Of a stretch of 64,000 bases of DNA, positions 8,502-16,588 are shown piece by piece. Source of the stretch: a virus. Under the pieces are notes generated by a model. The model had not been told where the DNA came from. It saw nothing but the letters and a program-made list of their open reading frames with translations, and ran no database searches. The stretch is from the IMG/VR virus record IMGVR_UViG_3300013131_000021. The stretch is one strand, 5' to 3'. Position numbers and translations under genes: made by a program. The stretch's first letter is position 1, and every line of letters begins with the position of its first letter.

Positions 8502-9066
8502 TCAACAAGAACTAACAGGCCTAGTGAATAAAATATGTAGAGATATTTTAGTTAGCAAATGGGAACCGGATTACATAGTAGGAATTACTCGTGGCGGACT
8601 GATTCCATCTGTAATGATTAGTCAATATTTAGACGTTCCGATGCATGCGTTAGGAGTTAGCCTTAGAGATGGAAGTGGCGGAGAAAGTAATCTTTGGATG
8701 GCTAGCGATGCTTTCGGTCATACTACTAACGAAAGATTTATTGAAGATGAACACAACATAGGCAGCATTTTATCTGCTGCTAGCGATATATTAGAATCTG
8801 GAACTTATACTAATATTTTACTAGTTGATGATATTAACGATACCGGCGCTACTTTTAATTGGATTATGGAAGATTGGAAATCTGGTTGTTTTCCAGACAG
8901 TCCGACATGGGATGAAGTATGGAATCAAAATGTTAAATTTGCTGTGGTAGTTGATAATTTATCTAGTCAATGTAATGTAAAAATGAATTTTGTTGGTATG
9001 GAAATCAACAAAGCAGAAAACGATGAATGGATCGATTTTCCTTGGGAGGAATGGTGGACAAAATGA
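8482..9066 (+). CDS. type I phosphoribosyltransferase (purine PRTase-like)
   Basis: IVGITRGG, PRPP-binding ILLVDDINDTGAT, C-terminal WIDFPWE. Start ATG 8482 with AAGGA RBS. Confidence 0.85.
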   Translation: MNKRIINQQELTGLVNKICRDILVSKWEPDYIVGITRGGLIPSVMISQYLDVPMHALGVSLRDGSGGESNLWMASDAFGHTTNERFIEDEHNIGSILSAASDILESGTYTNILLVDDINDTGATFNWIMEDWKSGCFPDSPTWDEVWNQNVKFAVVVDNLSSQCNVKMNFVGMEINKAENDEWIDFPWEEWWTK

Positions 9067-9455
9067 AAGACACAGTAAAAGTAATGCTAGCTCAACCTTC
9101 ATTTATTGAAGATTCAAAAGCACCGTGGACTGAACTTGTAGAAGAAGATTATCATGTCAAAGTATTCAGAGACATCTATCCGGTGACAGAAGGTCATTTA
9201 TTATTTGTACCTAAATATAATACTGTGTCTGTATTAATGGACTGTTTTGAAGCTGCTATCACGGACGGTATGAACAGAGTTCAAAAGGGAGAATGGGATG
9301 GGTTTAATGTAGGCCTTAATTACGGCCCTGCTGCTGGTCAAACGGTTGAATGGCCTCACGTTCATCTAATCCCTAGACGCAAAGGCGACATGGAAGATCC
9401 CACTGGCGGGGTACGTCATGTTATTCCCGAAAAAGGTAATTATCGAAAATGGTAG
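9063..9455 (+). CDS. HIT family nucleotide hydrolase
   Basis: YPVTEGHLLFVP, NYGPAAGQTV, PHVHLIPR histidine triad; ATGA overlap. Confidence 0.9.
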   Translation: MKDTVKVMLAQPSFIEDSKAPWTELVEEDYHVKVFRDIYPVTEGHLLFVPKYNTVSVLMDCFEAAITDGMNRVQKGEWDGFNVGLNYGPAAGQTVEWPHVHLIPRRKGDMEDPTGGVRHVIPEKGNYRKW

Positions 9456-9646
9456 AAATACAAGTTCCGTGGACTGGGTATCAGAGCAATATCTGGTGGA
9501 ATGAGATATGTGCCGACATCGTAAACCATTTTGGATTACCCGGTGGTAGATACACAACAGAAGTTAGCGTGAATAGCATGAATTTCTTTTTTAAAGATGA
9601 AAAAGATGCATTAATGTGTAAAATTTTAGTCAGCCATAAAATATGA
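9449..9646 (+). CDS. hypothetical protein (65 aa)
   Basis: Coupled ORF; no motif recognised. Confidence 0.6.
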   Translation: MVEIQVPWTGYQSNIWWNEICADIVNHFGLPGGRYTTEVSVNSMNFFFKDEKDALMCKILVSHKI

Positions 9647-9861
9647 AATCTAAAATGCTACTGATAATAATATTAATCCTTTTAATGATAATATTATTAT
9701 CAAGCGATTTTGCAGGTCAAAGAAAAATATATGACTGCAATTATTCTGAAATAAATCCAGACTTTCCTCAAGATGTAAAAGACGAATGTCGTAGACTTAG
9801 ACACGAACAATGGGAACAGGAAAAAGAATGGTATCATCCGAAAAAAATCATACGAACATGA
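9643..9861 (+). CDS. small membrane-anchored/secreted hypothetical protein
   Basis: Hydrophobic N-terminal helix LLIIILILLMIILL, then a Cys pair. Confidence 0.55.
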   Translation: MKSKMLLIIILILLMIILLSSDFAGQRKIYDCNYSEINPDFPQDVKDECRRLRHEQWEQEKEWYHPKKIIRT

Positions 9862-10019
9862 AAAGATGGACATTAAATGTAGAAGAAGATCCGGACACGG
9901 GCGACGGTATACTTACGTTTCCTTCGGACTTATTACAGGAAGCTGGATGGAAAGAAGGTGATACATTAGTATGGACTGATCAAGGTGATGGATCTTGGAC
10001 TCTATCTAAAAGTAAATAG
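9858..10019 (+). CDS. AbrB/MazE/SpoVT-like small DNA-binding protein
   Basis: GILTFPSDLLQEAGWKEGDTLVW fits the swapped-hairpin pattern (G.ltiP..l...lg...Gd.l.w). Start at ATG 9858 (ATGA overlap). Confidence 0.6.
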   Translation: MKRWTLNVEEDPDTGDGILTFPSDLLQEAGWKEGDTLVWTDQGDGSWTLSKSK

Positions 10020-10023
10020 ATTT

Positions 10024-10524
10024 ATGATAAAACAAGGACATGTTATCCCTTTTTGGAATAATAAACATACATTACTTACATATAAAGAAAAATATTTTAA
10101 TGACCCGACAATGATAGACCAATGGGTCGCTGCAGGATATAAGGGAAATTTTGGCGGTGGCACTTATGATATGCAAAAGAAAATGCCCAACTGGGCTACA
10201 CCTTTTTTTTCTATATTTTCGGGAAAAAATGTTAGCATAACTTTTTTTAAAATGAAGATTTCAGATATTCTTCCAACTCATGTTGATACGTACCAAAGAT
10301 ACATAAAAATTAACAATATAGAAAATCCTCATACAATTAAAAGAGCTATTATTTTTTTAGATGATTGGAAACCTGGACACATTTTCGAAATAGAAAATCA
10401 ACCTATAACATCTTGGAAGGCGGGTGATTTTGTGTTATGGAACTATGGTGCTCCTCATATGGCAGCAAACATCGGAATAGAGCCACGATATACTTTACAA
10501 ATAACTTTTGTAGACAATATATGA
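10024..10524 (+). CDS. 2OG-Fe(II)/cupin-type oxygenase
   Basis: LPTHVD (HxD), distal PHMAAN (H), PRYTLQI (R) facial-triad pattern. Confidence 0.7.
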   Translation: MIKQGHVIPFWNNKHTLLTYKEKYFNDPTMIDQWVAAGYKGNFGGGTYDMQKKMPNWATPFFSIFSGKNVSITFFKMKISDILPTHVDTYQRYIKINNIENPHTIKRAIIFLDDWKPGHIFEIENQPITSWKAGDFVLWNYGAPHMAANIGIEPRYTLQITFVDNI

Positions 10525-11714
10525 ACTCAGAGCACAATTTATATTATAGAAATTTTCCTAGGCAAGTATCTAAGTCTATTAAAATAAGGACATATCTAGG
10601 ATCACAAAAATTCGTAGAAAAACTGTTAATAGACAACAAACCTAGTTATTTTTACAACGGTTTAAATAACATCTATAAATTAGAAAATCAAATTCTTACC
10701 AAACGAGAAAAAGAATTTTTAAACAATACGGGAGTGGATATATATCTTTTAGAACCATTATGTTATCGATCTGCCGATTCTCATAATTGTGAATATTACA
10801 GCGAATTTGTCGGTAATGAAAAAATTAGTTCTATAAAATCTAATGAATTAGATTGTATTAAAAAATTTGTAATTGAAAATAATTTAAAAAATATTAGAAT
10901 TTTTACCTGCGATTACAATGTAAAATTATTAAACGAAACTTATCCAGAACTTAATCTTAATTGTTATGATCTTACTATTCGACACCTAGGATATAATATT
11001 CAGAATAAAATAGAAAACAATAAAAAAGAAATCAAAAGAAAGTTCTGGTCCTCTCATAGAAGATATACTTTACATAGACATTTATTAATTTCTTATCTAG
11101 CATCCATGGACGGTGTATATGGTTGGAATTTTATATGTAATGAAAAATCATTATTAGAAAATCCATGGTTTAATTTTTCTAATTTGGATACAATAACATA
11201 TCAAAAAATAATAGTCGGAAACAACAAATTAAATGATTCAACATCAATTATCGACAATGAATTTCCTCCAGAAAATGTAAACAAATATACCCAGAGCGTA
11301 TCGGGAATGGGAACTATTTACAAATGGCATAATGATAAATTTTTAGATAGTTTAGATGAATGCTTTTGTGCAATCGTTGGAGAGACTAGGTACGCACAAC
11401 CTTTCACGAATATAAGCGAAAAAACGTTTCATCCAATATTTAAAAAAACTCCTTTTATATTAGGGTCAACTGTTCGAAGTCTAGAATATCTTAAAAAATT
11501 AAATTTTAAAACTTTTGATAGATGGTGGGACGAAAGCTATGATCAAGAGGAAAATAATGAAAAACGAATGATTAAGATTTTTGAAATCATTGAATTTATA
11601 AACAATAAAAATATTAAAGAACTTCAAAATATCTACGAGGATATGCAAGAAGTTTTAGATCATAATTTTGATATTTTAAAAACATTGTCAACAAATAGAA
11701 CTATCTTATTATGA
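10521..11714 (+). CDS. glycosyltransferase-like protein (GT-B C-terminal module)
   Basis: CAIVGET...ISEKTFHPI...PFI...LNFKTFDRWWDESYD, reminiscent of the E-x-SEK motif of GT10/exostosin-like C-terminal domains. The family call is tentative. Confidence 0.5.
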   Translation: MNSEHNLYYRNFPRQVSKSIKIRTYLGSQKFVEKLLIDNKPSYFYNGLNNIYKLENQILTKREKEFLNNTGVDIYLLEPLCYRSADSHNCEYYSEFVGNEKISSIKSNELDCIKKFVIENNLKNIRIFTCDYNVKLLNETYPELNLNCYDLTIRHLGYNIQNKIENNKKEIKRKFWSSHRRYTLHRHLLISYLASMDGVYGWNFICNEKSLLENPWFNFSNLDTITYQKIIVGNNKLNDSTSIIDNEFPPENVNKYTQSVSGMGTIYKWHNDKFLDSLDECFCAIVGETRYAQPFTNISEKTFHPIFKKTPFILGSTVRSLEYLKKLNFKTFDRWWDESYDQEENNEKRMIKIFEIIEFINNKNIKELQNIYEDMQEVLDHNFDILKTLSTNRTILL

Positions 11715-12337
11715 ACGATATTGTTAGACGATTTGAATTAGAAATATCTAAATTTTATAACGCACCATATGCTGTGGCCGTTGACAGTTGTACTCATGCG
11801 ATAGAATTATCTCTACGATATACAAAAATTAAAAAAACATCATGTCCGGCACATACTTATATTTCGATTCCGTTCATATTTGAAAAATTAAATTTAAAGT
11901 GGTCTTTTGAAAATTATTATTGGGAAGATTATTATTTTTTAGGAGAATCCAATATAGTAGATGCTGCCGTTTATTGGCAGAGAAACGGTTATATTCAAAA
12001 TACGTTTATGTGTTTAAGTTTTCAATATCAAAAACATCTAAGTCTAAGCAGAGGAGGTATGATACTCTGCGACAAAGAACATGATTATAGTATATTAAAG
12101 AAAATGAGTTACGACGGACGGATGTCCGGTATTCCTTGGAGGCAACAAAATATCGATACTATGGGATTTCATTATTATATGACTCCGGAAACTGCAGAGA
12201 TAGGTCTAAAAAAATTTTCTGAAGTGGCGGACAAAGATCCAAAAAAATGGAAATCGACTGAGTATCCATACCTGCCGGATATGAAAATTTTTAATAAATT
12301 AAACAATGGTGTTGTTCTTTCAAAGAAAAGAGTGTAA
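11711..12337 (+). CDS. DegT/DnrJ/EryC1/StrS-like PLP aminotransferase (short form)
   Basis: AVAVDSCTHAIEL, IVDAA (PLP Asp), SFQYQKHL..GG (PLP Lys). Only 208 aa. Confidence 0.75.
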   Translation: MNDIVRRFELEISKFYNAPYAVAVDSCTHAIELSLRYTKIKKTSCPAHTYISIPFIFEKLNLKWSFENYYWEDYYFLGESNIVDAAVYWQRNGYIQNTFMCLSFQYQKHLSLSRGGMILCDKEHDYSILKKMSYDGRMSGIPWRQQNIDTMGFHYYMTPETAEIGLKKFSEVADKDPKKWKSTEYPYLPDMKIFNKLNNGVVLSKKRV

Positions 12338-12345
12338 ACTAAACT

Positions 12346-13197
12346 ATGGAAAAAATTAAATTAGCAGAGCTGTTTTACAGCATACAAGGTGAGGGTAGAT
12401 ATATGGGAGTTCCCAGCGTGTTCCTTAGAACATTTGGCTGTAATTTCAAATGTGCTGGTTTTGGTATGCCGAAAGGCGAATCTACAAGAGAAGTAGAACC
12501 GATCGCTGCCAATGTTCATTTATATAAAACATACGAAGAACTCCCATTGGTATCTACAGGATGCGACAGTTATGCTTCCTGGCATCCTGCATTTAAACAT
12601 CTTAGTCCGTTTTATACTCCAGACGAAATCGTAGAGAATATTATGGAAATTCTTCCGTATGGTCGATGGGAAGATGAACATCTAGTTATCACCGGGGGAG
12701 AGCCCTTATTGAAATGGCAGAACATTTATCCGGAATTATTAAATCATTCTAAGATGAAATCACTTAGAGAAATTACGTTTGAAACAAATGGCACACAAGA
12801 ACTAACTCCCGAATTTAAAAAATATCTTATGCATTGGGGATTTAAAACAAGAGGATATCATAAACTAACCTTTTCTGTCAGTGCTAAACTAAGTTGCAGC
12901 GGTGAAGAAAGACATGTAGCTATACGTCCGGACATTATTAGACAATACGAAGAAGTGGGATACACGTATCTAAAATTTGTTATTGCCACAGAAGAAGATG
13001 CTGAAGAAGCATTAGAAACTATTGATGTGTATCGTGCTGAAGGATTTGCAGGTCCAATATATTTAATGCCTGTGGGGGGTGTTGAAAGTGTTTACACATT
13101 AAATAATCGTCGTGTAGCAGAATTGGCAATGAAGAATGGGCTAAGATATAGTGATAGATTACAGGTACCGTTGTTTAAGAATGAGTGGGGAACTTAA
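12346..13197 (+). CDS. queE: 7-carboxy-7-deazaguanine synthase (radical SAM)
   Basis: FYSIQGEG...VFLRTFGCNFKC, GCDS, ITGGEP, FETNG, SVSAK, LKFVI, RYSDRLQ motifs. Confidence 0.9.
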   Translation: MEKIKLAELFYSIQGEGRYMGVPSVFLRTFGCNFKCAGFGMPKGESTREVEPIAANVHLYKTYEELPLVSTGCDSYASWHPAFKHLSPFYTPDEIVENIMEILPYGRWEDEHLVITGGEPLLKWQNIYPELLNHSKMKSLREITFETNGTQELTPEFKKYLMHWGFKTRGYHKLTFSVSAKLSCSGEERHVAIRPDIIRQYEEVGYTYLKFVIATEEDAEEALETIDVYRAEGFAGPIYLMPVGGVESVYTLNNRRVAELAMKNGLRYSDRLQVPLFKNEWGT

Positions 13198-13634
13198 TGA
13201 AAATTATTAAAAAACTTTTTGGTATAGACAAATTAGAAGCCAACATAGCAGAAATGCAGGCCAAAGAAAAAGAAGCGATTGAACAATTGGCTTTCAATCA
13301 AAGAGAAGCTGAACGGGCTAGACAAGATGCAGAAGAAGCCAAATTAAATCCAAAAGAGAGAGCTACTCGTAAGAAAGAACCGTGGATTGGTGTTTTAAAT
13401 ACTCATGTAAACAAAGAAAATATTAGAAACGGGTTCTTTGAGCTTGACTGGAATGAGTATTTTGTGCTACAATTAAAACAAGAAGGTTATGGTGCAGACG
13501 GCGATAAAGATGAAGAAATTGTTGATCGTTGGTTCCGTGAGCTTTGCGCCAATGTTGTAGTAGATGGCGATTATGGTGGTCCTGTGCAAACTGGATCTTT
13601 GGACATACAAAATGTAAAGAAGACCAATCAATGA
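13197..13634 (+). CDS. hypothetical protein with N-terminal coiled coil
   Basis: Start ATG 13197 overlapping the queE stop; motif GFFELDWNEYF. Confidence 0.65.
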   Translation: MKIIKKLFGIDKLEANIAEMQAKEKEAIEQLAFNQREAERARQDAEEAKLNPKERATRKKEPWIGVLNTHVNKENIRNGFFELDWNEYFVLQLKQEGYGADGDKDEEIVDRWFRELCANVVVDGDYGGPVQTGSLDIQNVKKTNQ

Positions 13635-14617
13635 CATATATTCTAGTTGATACTGCTAACACGTTCTTTCGTGCTAGACACGTTATTAACGGTGATGCTG
13701 ATATCAAACTTGGCATGGCATTCCATATCACCCTTAATTCTATACGCAAAGCGTGGCAGCAGTTCAATGGCATTCACGTTATCTTCTGTTTAGAAGGTAG
13801 ATCTTGGCGCAAAGACTATTATGCTCCGTATAAGCGTAATCGTGCAGAATCACGTGCTGCGCTCAACGAGCGAGAGCAAGAAGAAGATCGTGTATTCTGG
13901 GAAGCCTTTGACACGTTCAAAGAATTCATCACAGATAGAACCAACTGTACTGTACTGCGCAACGAACAGTTAGAAGCAGACGATCTCATTGCAGGCTGGA
14001 TCCAAAGTCATCCAAATGACGATCACGTGATCATCTCCACAGACACAGATTTCGTTCAGCTTATCGCACCCAATGTAAAACAGTATAACGGAGTGATGGA
14101 ACATACGATCACACACGAAGGAATTTTTGATGACAAAGGTAAATCAGTCATCGATAAAAAGACCAAAGAACCTAAAGCCGCACCAAACCCAGAATGGCTC
14201 CTGTTTGAAAAATGTATGCGTGGTGATACCAGTGATAATGTCTTCTCAGCGTATCCAGGTGTTCGCACTAGAGGCACAAGCAAAAAAGTGGGTCTTATGG
14301 AAGCGTTCGAAGACCGTGGCACCAAAGGATTTGCGTGGAACAATCTCATGCTTCAGAGATGGACTGACCACGAGGGTATAGAACATCGAGTGTTAGAAGA
14401 TTATGAACGTAATCGTAGATTAATCGATCTCTCATATCAACCAGATCATATTAAAGGTATTATTTCAAAGACCATTAGTGAAGCTATTTCTACAAATAAA
14501 AATATTAATCAGGTCGGAGTAAAACTCATGAAGTTCTGCGGCCTTTATGATCTTAAAAAGATTTCAGAACAGGCTCAGAGTTATGCTGAACCATTAAATG
14601 CAAGGTACACACTATGA
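13631..14617 (+). CDS. rnh: T4 RNase H-like 5'-3' exonuclease (FEN family)
   Basis: ILVD, CLEGRSWRK...YK.NR, LEADDLI, STDTDFVQL, GDTSDNV acidic active-site motifs. Confidence 0.88.
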   Translation: MTYILVDTANTFFRARHVINGDADIKLGMAFHITLNSIRKAWQQFNGIHVIFCLEGRSWRKDYYAPYKRNRAESRAALNEREQEEDRVFWEAFDTFKEFITDRTNCTVLRNEQLEADDLIAGWIQSHPNDDHVIISTDTDFVQLIAPNVKQYNGVMEHTITHEGIFDDKGKSVIDKKTKEPKAAPNPEWLLFEKCMRGDTSDNVFSAYPGVRTRGTSKKVGLMEAFEDRGTKGFAWNNLMLQRWTDHEGIEHRVLEDYERNRRLIDLSYQPDHIKGIISKTISEAISTNKNINQVGVKLMKFCGLYDLKKISEQAQSYAEPLNARYTL

Positions 14618-15090
14618 CAGAGATTCATGCAAAACCAATTATTGATAATAAATTTTGGATTGTTGAAAAGGACGGAGAAAAGTTTGCCACGCTGAGAAAA
14701 AATGAGGACAATCGATTCGTAATGAGTAATGACAGCGGTGTACAGATTTATGACAACAAAGAAAGTCTTACTAAACAGTTTGGAAAACATTTTTTTACAG
14801 TTAAGATTGTAAAAGAATCTATAAATTCATTGCCCAACGAAGTTCATGGATATCCTACTAGTTGCGATCCTCATAATGCGATGTTTGATATTAGAAAAAA
14901 ATTACCACTATTCACAAAAAGTGAAGATTCAAAAAGTTTATATTGTGCAGGATATTATACAATTAAGTTTGATAAAGGATGGGTTAAAAGTTTTTGTCCA
15001 AAAAAAATAACCTTAGAAAGATATCCTTATAGGGGTCCGTTCAAAACAGAATTAGAAATGAAACAGGTATTAACAAATGTTTCAAAATAA
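14614..15090 (+). CDS. hypothetical protein (158 aa)
   Basis: ATGA overlap; motif YCAGYY...WVKSFCPK...YRGPFKT. Confidence 0.65.
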   Translation: MTEIHAKPIIDNKFWIVEKDGEKFATLRKNEDNRFVMSNDSGVQIYDNKESLTKQFGKHFFTVKIVKESINSLPNEVHGYPTSCDPHNAMFDIRKKLPLFTKSEDSKSLYCAGYYTIKFDKGWVKSFCPKKITLERYPYRGPFKTELEMKQVLTNVSK

Positions 15091-15325
15091 AATTCCAGAT
15101 ACATTGCCCACTATTGAAAAATTGATAACTCGAATATCAATGGCTGAAAGAAGTCAACAAAAAGAAATTCGCATTACCATTCAAGAAGCGAGAGATTTAA
15201 CGTCCGAACTAGCTTTACTCACTAGTAAATTAGGTGGTACAGTTAAGGAAATACATGAACTTTTACATGAAATTAAGATGTCAACTACGCAAATAGATGT
15301 TAAATTCGACGGAGGTCAATTCTAA
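15077..15325 (+). CDS. hypothetical protein (82 aa)
   Basis: Coupled ORF, helical. Confidence 0.6.
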   Translation: MFQNKIPDTLPTIEKLITRISMAERSQQKEIRITIQEARDLTSELALLTSKLGGTVKEIHELLHEIKMSTTQIDVKFDGGQF

Positions 15326-15329
15326 TCGG

Positions 15330-15366
15330 CATAAATATATACGTGGTTAATTAGGAAACACGTATA
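15330..15366 (+). promoter_or_regulatory. late promoter CATAAATA plus RBS-enclosing hairpin
   Basis: CATAAATA at 15330-15337, then inverted repeat TATACGTG (15338-15345) / CACGTATA (15359-15366) enclosing AGGA, 1 nt before ATG 15368. Confidence 0.6.
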
Positions 15367-15367
15367 A

Positions 15368-15652
15368 ATGAGTAGACCGAAGCCAAAGATTCTTTTAGAG
15401 TACGCTAATAAAGAAACTTATAAAGTAGAACAAATTTTGGAAAGTGATGCCATATGGGCTGTGTTTTTCAAAGGTCAGCCTTTTAATCTCAAAAGTGGTT
15501 CTCTTGTATCAAGCTATCCAGGCCCTAAATATAAAAAAGTAAGTTTTTCAAATCCGGGTCATGCCTATAATCTAGCAAAAAAGTTAAACAAATTGTTTAA
15601 ATGTCAAGACTTCGCAGTGTATAAATTGACCTCCGGCGAAGAGGTAAAATAA
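15368..15652 (+). CDS. hypothetical protein (94 aa)
   Basis: RBS AGGA; MSRPKPKILLEY N-terminus; function unknown. Confidence 0.7.
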   Translation: MSRPKPKILLEYANKETYKVEQILESDAIWAVFFKGQPFNLKSGSLVSSYPGPKYKKVSFSNPGHAYNLAKKLNKLFKCQDFAVYKLTSGEEVK

Positions 15653-16054
15653 ATGGACATTAAGGATACCTACACTAAGGTATTCTTGCAGGCTGCAAAC
15701 ATAGATATATCAGACGAAAAAAAAGTAAAAGAATATAAAGCAGCTTGGTGGTGGAGTTTTAGAAATAAACACAATGGTGGACTTCGACTTACCGAACAGG
15801 CAATTAATTTTATAGAAGAATATTCTAAGATCAAGACCTATAAGATTGATTTCCCTAATGAGTTTTCCTATACCGCTCAAATCTTAATTTGGCTAGACCA
15901 ATACTTAGATACCCCTTATTTCATAGACAAAAAATACATAATTGTATTACGAGAAAAATCAGCATTTGAGTTATATCTATTTTCTGGCGATATAAGAAAA
16001 TTAGGTCATAATAAAGCTACTAATAAACTTCTTAATCAAGAATCAAGTCTGTAA
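15653..16054 (+). CDS. hypothetical protein (133 aa)
   Basis: Abuts the upstream stop; GAGG RBS. Confidence 0.65.
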   Translation: MDIKDTYTKVFLQAANIDISDEKKVKEYKAAWWWSFRNKHNGGLRLTEQAINFIEEYSKIKTYKIDFPNEFSYTAQILIWLDQYLDTPYFIDKKYIIVLREKSAFELYLFSGDIRKLGHNKATNKLLNQESSL

Positions 16055-16065
16055 TTAACGCAGTA

Positions 16066-16073
16066 CATAAATA
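16066..16073 (+). promoter_or_regulatory. late promoter CATAAATA
   Basis: In the only intergenic gap here, 8 nt before ATG 16082. Confidence 0.5.
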
Positions 16074-16081
16074 TTTTCACT

Positions 16082-16351
16082 ATGTTCGATCTAAATCCTA
16101 AAGATGTGCTAAATCAAAGAAAACTTGGATTTATGCCGCCTCATTTTTCAAAAATTAAAATAGCGGACAACGAATTCTTTGATGGAGTCGAAGAATGGGT
16201 GAAGACCAAATTAAAGGGAAGATATTGCATTGTAAGATATCCAAACTTAGATCAAAATTCTTCTTTACGTTCGTCATATTGTTTAGGTCTTGAAGATCAA
16301 AAAGAACTTACATTTTTTATGTTAGCATGTCCACATTTAAGGAGAAATTAA
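16082..16351 (+). CDS. hypothetical protein (89 aa)
   Basis: ORF after the late motif. Confidence 0.6.
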   Translation: MFDLNPKDVLNQRKLGFMPPHFSKIKIADNEFFDGVEEWVKTKLKGRYCIVRYPNLDQNSSLRSSYCLGLEDQKELTFFMLACPHLRRN

Positions 16352-16587
16352 TGACAGAAGAAGTTAAAACTCAACAAGAACCAGTTGACACAACTCAGAC
16401 AGCAGATGCTGCACAACCAGCACCTGCAGGTCCTGATTTAAATGTTAGCGATTTAGTTGCTTTAAAAAACATCATAGAGATCGCAACACAAAGAGGTGCA
16501 TTTAAAGCAGCTGAACTAGAAGCAGTTGGAAAAACATTTAACAAACTTAATATGTTTTTAGATGCAGTAGCTAAAAAGGAGTCGTAA
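16351..16587 (+). CDS. hypothetical protein (78 aa)
   Basis: AAGGAG RBS, TAATG overlap; motif RGAFKAAELEAVG. Confidence 0.7.
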   Translation: MTEEVKTQQEPVDTTQTADAAQPAPAGPDLNVSDLVALKNIIEIATQRGAFKAAELEAVGKTFNKLNMFLDAVAKKES

Positions 16588-16588
16588 A

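Noticed and set aside
238-9833. 20/21-nt match ggaacaggaaaaaga-tggta at 238-258 and 9813-9833 (both encode EQEKEWY)
   Set aside because: A-rich, only two copies, no flanking similarity; a rough estimate makes a chance match plausible in 64 kb.
13631-14617. Apparent GC-rich 5' part and AT-rich 3' part of rnh (possible recombinant mosaic)
   Set aside because: Visual impression only; it needs a computed GC/codon profile and relatives to assess.
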